From: an uncultured bacterium
GTDB taxonomy: Bacteria; Abyssobacteria; SURF-5
Direction of reading: 5' to 3'
Assembly: GCA_964510165.1 (NCBI GenBank)
Contig: CAZEBC010000067.1
Span: 5,364 to 17,977 of the forward strand
DNA length: 12,614 bases
Of this stretch, positions 7,563-12,614 are shown in pieces (position 1 is the first letter of the stretch; the number at the start of each line of letters is the position of its first letter). The notes under the pieces were generated by a model. The model was not told the DNA's origin, ran no database searches, and saw only the letters and a program-made list of their open reading frames with translations. A program made the position numbers and the translations under genes.

Positions 7563-8093
7563 ATGAGAAGGTTTACAGAAATCAAGCGTCATGTGAACAA
7601 GCCCACAGAGCGATACGAGTGTGAGTTGATAAGGAAGGGCGATGACCGGGTGGCCCTCAGGTACGTGAGCGACCGCGAGTTCGAGAGTGAGCGACTGGGC
7701 GTGATTTTTCCGCCCGGCTGCGTCACCATTGCCCTTTACCAGATGGACCTGCCATATGTTTTTTGGGGGATTTTCTCGCCCGAGAGCGAGCTCTTGGGTT
7801 ATCTCGTACACATATGCAAGGATTTGTCGATTTCGGAGGATTCGGTCAGCTATTTGGACATGCTGCTGGACATCTGGTTCTACTCCAATGGAACGTATGT
7901 GATTCTGGATGTCGAGGAAGTGGAGGGCTGTATCCGGTCAGGCCGATTGACTCAGGCAGACAAAGCATATATTGAGAAGGCGAGGGATGTGGCCGTCCGG
8001 GAGTTCTCCGGGAAAGCCGATGAGGTCAGGCGGATGGAGGAGGAATACCGAATCCGACTTGCAGATGGCAATTCTGACATCTCAATCGCTTGA
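7563..8093 (+). CDS. DUF402 domain protein (FomD/Ntdp-like metal-dependent nucleotide hydrolase fold)
   Basis: GYLVHIC...VSYLDMLLDIW...ILDVEEV...G.LT matches the DUF402 acidic pattern (DxxLD...LDxxE). ATG 7563 is preferred over TTG 7521, but the start is uncertain. Confidence 0.75.
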   Translation: MRRFTEIKRHVNKPTERYECELIRKGDDRVALRYVSDREFESERLGVIFPPGCVTIALYQMDLPYVFWGIFSPESELLGYLVHICKDLSISEDSVSYLDMLLDIWFYSNGTYVILDVEEVEGCIRSGRLTQADKAYIEKARDVAVREFSGKADEVRRMEEEYRIRLADGNSDISIA

Positions 8094-8118
8094 CATTTGC
8101 GCGCTGCATCAATAAAAT
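8090..8118 (+). promoter_or_regulatory. sigma70 promoter for the decarboxylase beta-subunit gene
   Basis: TTGACA (8090-8095), 17-nt spacer, TAAAAT (8113-8118): 11 of 12 consensus positions. The -35 box overlaps the DUF402 stop codon. Confidence 0.8.
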
Positions 8119-8192
8119 GTCAGCAAAAGCCCTTCCGTTTGTTTCTGGCAGCCGATTCCTTTTCAGCCACACCAGGGAGAGGAAAGTCATAT

Positions 8193-9344
8193 ATGTCAGC
8201 TCAGGAGTTCTTGGATGTCTTGCAGAGTATCGCCCTGCAGACCGGTGTATTCAGCCTGAAGTGGGGCCACCTGGTCATGTGGGCTATCGGCCTGATATTC
8301 TTGTATCTTGCGGTGGCGAAGAAGTATGAACCGTTGCTGCTTCTTCCAATCGGCTTCGGCATTTTTCTCGTCAATTTTCCATTGACTCCGCTCATGGGGG
8401 CCAACCCCGAGACCGGGCAGGAGCATCTGCTCCAGATTTTCTACCATTATGGCGTCGCGTGGGAAGTAATACCCTGCGTTATCTTTCTCGGGTTGGGCGC
8501 TATGACGGATTTCGGGCCGCTGATCGCGAACCCCAAGACGCTGCTGGTGGGCGCGGGCTCCCAGCTTGGGGTGTTCGTGACGTTTTCGGCGACCCTGATT
8601 TTCGGGTTTACGATGAAGGAGGCAGCCTCGGTCGGCATAATAGGCGGGGCCGACGGACCCACGACGATATATCTGACGAGCGCACTTGCGCCCCATCTGC
8701 TTGGCCCGAACGCGCTGGCTGCGTACTCGTACATGGCGATGGTGCCCATCATACAGCCGCCGTTGATGCGGCTCATCACGACACGCAAAGAGCGTCGCAT
8801 CAGGATGAGGCAGCTCAGGCATGTTTCCCAAAGGGAGAAGCTGCTGTTTCCGCTTCTTGGAACCGCGCTGATTGCGCTCTTGATCCCGGCTATCATGCCC
8901 CTGATGGGGATGCTGATGCTCGGCAATTTCATGAGAGAGAGCGGGGCGGTAAGGCGTCTGAGCGATACGGCGCAGAACGCCCTAATGAATATTGTGGTCA
9001 TTTTTCTGGGCTTGTCAGTGGGCGCCACGATGAGCGCCGAGCAGTTCCTCACGAAGAAGCCGCTAGTGATCTTCGCGTTTGGACTGCTTGATTTTGCCGT
9101 GTGCACCATTGGCGGGATACTGACCGTGAAGGTGATGAACTTGTTCCTGAAGGAAAAGCTGAATCCGCTCATCGGGTCTGCGGGCGTTTCAGCCGTTCCG
9201 ATGTCTTCGCGTGTGTCGCAAATGGTCGGCCTTCAGGAAGACCCTGAGAATTATCTGCTGCTTCATGCGATGGGGCCGAACCTGGCGGGTGTCATCGGCA
9301 CCGCCGCCGCTGCGGGCCTGTTTATCGCGATGTTCGCCTCATAA
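8193..9344 (+). CDS. sodium ion-translocating decarboxylase, beta subunit (OadB/GcdB/MmdB family)
   Basis: YEPLLLLPIGFG, IFLGLGAMTDFGPLIANPK, IIGGADGPT, AAYSYMAMVPIIQPP, LGNFMRESG, NPLIGSAGVSAVPM and HAMGPNLAGVIGT. ATG 8193 follows GGAGAGGA. The track's TTG 8097 lies inside the promoter. Substrate class cannot be told from the beta subunit alone. Confidence 0.95.
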   Translation: MSAQEFLDVLQSIALQTGVFSLKWGHLVMWAIGLIFLYLAVAKKYEPLLLLPIGFGIFLVNFPLTPLMGANPETGQEHLLQIFYHYGVAWEVIPCVIFLGLGAMTDFGPLIANPKTLLVGAGSQLGVFVTFSATLIFGFTMKEAASVGIIGGADGPTTIYLTSALAPHLLGPNALAAYSYMAMVPIIQPPLMRLITTRKERRIRMRQLRHVSQREKLLFPLLGTALIALLIPAIMPLMGMLMLGNFMRESGAVRRLSDTAQNALMNIVVIFLGLSVGATMSAEQFLTKKPLVIFAFGLLDFAVCTIGGILTVKVMNLFLKEKLNPLIGSAGVSAVPMSSRVSQMVGLQEDPENYLLLHAMGPNLAGVIGTAAAAGLFIAMFAS

Positions 9345-9480
9345 TCGAATTCGCACCCACGGTCTTTTGTCCCCTTTTGCCTTTCCCCCCTTTTTCCCTT
9401 TGTGAGATAAACCCTGAGGTAGCGCACCCCGGCGCAGGTCAGCGAGTCCCCGCTGATGAAGCGATCTCAAATCCCATGCG

Positions 9481-10938
<1,458 letters not shown>

Positions 10939-11031
10939 CTAGCGCGATGAAGAATTCGTTCTTCGTGCGGGTGCAGGGATTACTCAATCTTAAAGCTTTG
11001 GGGTAGCGATGTCAAACACGGGGGCGTACCG

Positions 11032-11424
11032 ATGCAGGAATCCATGGCCGCGACTCTCGCAAAGAGGCTTCGGGATGCATATAACAACTTCGAGGCGGAC
11101 CAGCCCCAGACGCTGGAGTTGTTCACGGATGATATTGTGTACCGTGATCCTCGCTTCCCGGCATATCGGGGAAAACAGGCGCTCAAGGGTTATCTCGCGC
11201 AGGTTGCCGGCGAGAACAGAGCCTTACAGGTGAATTGGGAGTTCACGAATATCATTTCCGAGGGCGATCAGGCAGCAGTGGAATGGATTGTGCGGAGCGG
11301 GCTGGACTTCGGGGGCAGGACGTTCGAGTTCGCGGGCGCGGCGTTTTTCAAGGTGCGCGAGGGAAGAATCTGCTATTATTGCGGATATTGGGACACCGCT
11401 GTCTTGCAGCAGTTGGCGGAGTGA
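11032..11424 (+). CDS. SnoaL-like / NTF2-superfamily protein
   Basis: 130 aa with LELFTDDIVYRDP....GKQAL, IISEGDQAAVEW and G.AFFKVREGRI....YWDTA. Start could instead be ATG 11044. Confidence 0.85.
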   Translation: MQESMAATLAKRLRDAYNNFEADQPQTLELFTDDIVYRDPRFPAYRGKQALKGYLAQVAGENRALQVNWEFTNIISEGDQAAVEWIVRSGLDFGGRTFEFAGAAFFKVREGRICYYCGYWDTAVLQQLAE

Positions 11425-11456
11425 GTGGGCTTCATTGCCTGCGCTGCAAAGCCCCT

Positions 11457-11578
11457 GTCATTGCGAGGAAGGGGCAAAGCCCCGTACGAAGCAATCCCGG
11501 TACAGTGGTCCACTCGCTGAATCGAGATTGCTTCGTCTTCCCGCGAGGCGCGCCACGCCAAGGCGTGGTCGCAATGAC
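11457..11578. repeat. cruciform palindromic repeat element (RPE/MITE-like, 'GTCATTGCGA...TCGCAATGAC' type)
   Basis: 10-bp terminal inverted repeats GTCATTGCGA (11457-11466) / TCGCAATGAC (11569-11578). 11-bp inner inverted repeats ACGAAGCAATC (11486-11496) / GATTGCTTCGT (11526-11536). Side hairpins GGGGC-aaa-GCCCC and CCACGC-caag-GCGTGG. Confidence 0.85.
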
Positions 11579-11637
11579 CGCGGGGTTATGCAGCGGAATC
11601 CTCAAGGACAACTCACGGTTATTGGGCGAGGTGGTCT

Positions 11638-12614
11638 ATGCTTGACTTCTCCTTTACGGACGAACAGGAGTTGTTCAGGAAAACACTCAGGGAGTTTTCG
11701 CTGAGGGAATTGCTCCCGCACTATAGGTATTGGGACGCCCATGAGCAGTACCCCTCTGATCTCATCAAGAAAATCCTCAATCTCGTGAACCCGTTTGGCG
11801 CCGATTGGCGAGAGGCGGCGCGGGCGAGTGACCTCATCACCCCTGGCATCATCGCCGAGGAAGTTGCGCACGGCGATTTCAATTGTGTGCTCCCGAGCCT
11901 GGCGCCATTCACGATGGGACACTTCCTGGCCGAGGCGTCCGACGAGTTGAAAGAGAGATGGCTTCCCGGTTTGATTACTGGAGAGAAGGTTATCGGTTTG
12001 TGCCTGACCGAGCCCGAAGCAGGGTCCGATCTTGCCTCGCTTCGCTCGACGGCAGTGAGGGATGGAGATGATTTCGTCTTGAATGGCGAAAAGAATTCGG
12101 TCAGTTTCCTGAACGCGGACGTGTTCTACGTCTTTGCGCGGACGGAGAGGAACTCGACAGGTCATCGCGGCATCAGCGCGTTTCTTGTCCCGCGCGAGAC
12201 CGAAGGGCTTGAGTTTCGTCCATATCAGGACCTCGGTTGTCGCGCTGTTCCTCGGGGACAACTGTTCATGAGCGACGCGCGAGTGCCCACCGCCTGCATG
12301 GTTGGCAGTGAAGGCGCGGCCTTCAAGATGATTATGAAGTATTTCGACATCAACCGCGCTTTTATCGGGCTTATGTGCATCGGGGCGGCGCAGCAAACGC
12401 TCGATGAAACCATCGAGTACACAAAGGAGAAGCGCGCCTTTGGGATGCCCATCAGCCGATACGAGGCCGTAGCTTTCGCATTAGCCGAGGCGGCAACCAG
12501 GCTCGAACTCGGCCGTCTGCTGTGTTACAAGATCTTATGGAAGAAGCAGGCGGGGCTTCCTTGTTCCATGGAGGCCGCGATGGCGAAATGGTGGGTGCCG
12601 AAGACCTGCGTTGA
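11638..12614 (+). CDS. acyl-CoA dehydrogenase, cyclohexanecarboxyl-CoA dehydrogenase (AliB/BadJ)-like; 3'-truncated by the window edge
   Basis: Absent from the ORF track because it has no stop in the window. Hand translation: MLDFSFTDEQELFRKTLREF...IIAEEVAHGDFN...CLTEPEAGSD...LNGEKNSVSF...RGISAFLVP...DLGCRAVPRG...FDINRAFIGLMCIGAAQQTLDETIEY...AFG...RLLCYKILW...EAAMAKWWVPK. RBS GAGGTG at 11628-11633. Family is secure; subfamily is from recalled motifs. Confidence 0.9.
   Translation, partial: MLDFSFTDEQELFRKTLREFSLRELLPHYRYWDAHEQYPSDLIKKILNLVNPFGADWREAARASDLITPGIIAEEVAHGDFNCVLPSLAPFTMGHFLAEASDELKERWLPGLITGEKVIGLCLTEPEAGSDLASLRSTAVRDGDDFVLNGEKNSVSFLNADVFYVFARTERNSTGHRGISAFLVPRETEGLEFRPYQDLGCRAVPRGQLFMSDARVPTACMVGSEGAAFKMIMKYFDINRAFIGLMCIGAAQQTLDETIEYTKEKRAFGMPISRYEAVAFALAEAATRLELGRLLCYKILWKKQAGLPCSMEAAMAKWWVPKTCV

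Noticed and set aside
8090-8329. 79-aa ORF as the missing gamma/delta subunit of the decarboxylase
   Set aside because: It starts within the -35 box, overlaps the beta gene out of frame, and lacks the N-terminal transmembrane helix and Pro/Ala linker of OadG/GcdD.
9403-9462. Fluoride riboswitch suggested by AAACC...GCTGATGA
   Set aside because: The 5' GGNGATGG element and pseudoknot are missing, and the site lies between convergent 3' ends rather than in a leader.
11235-11704. ORFs 11235-11645, 11288-11704 and 11376-11561 spanning the palindromic element
   Set aside because: They overlap real genes and contain the repeat-derived peptides (VIAR, TKQS, DCF, AMT) typical of spurious calls.

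Overview
GC-rich bacterial chromosomal window, probably from an anaerobe (inferred from the short ThiC and the Na+-decarboxylase beta subunit). In order: the 3' part of an ATP-NAD kinase family gene; a glucuronokinase-like GHMP kinase tightly linked to galU; a sigma70 promoter, TPP riboswitch and terminator ahead of thiS-thiG-thiE-thiC, which runs on into an ArnT/GT39-like membrane glycosyltransferase and a DUF402 gene; a stand-alone Na+-translocating decarboxylase beta subunit with its own near-consensus promoter; a convergent tyrosine phenol-lyase; a SnoaL/NTF2-like gene; a 122-bp cruciform palindromic element; and a 3'-truncated acyl-CoA dehydrogenase (AliB/BadJ-like) that the ORF track misses. 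Most notable: (1) a possible bacterial glucuronate-to-UDP-glucuronate salvage pair, (2) a ThiS with a masked C-terminal GG, (3) the orphan decarboxylase beta subunit with an RBS-occluding leader, (4) a palindromic repeat translated as the ThiE C-terminus, and (5) a structured intergenic element with hammerhead-like motif order. All family calls come from motif recognition from memory; no searches were run.
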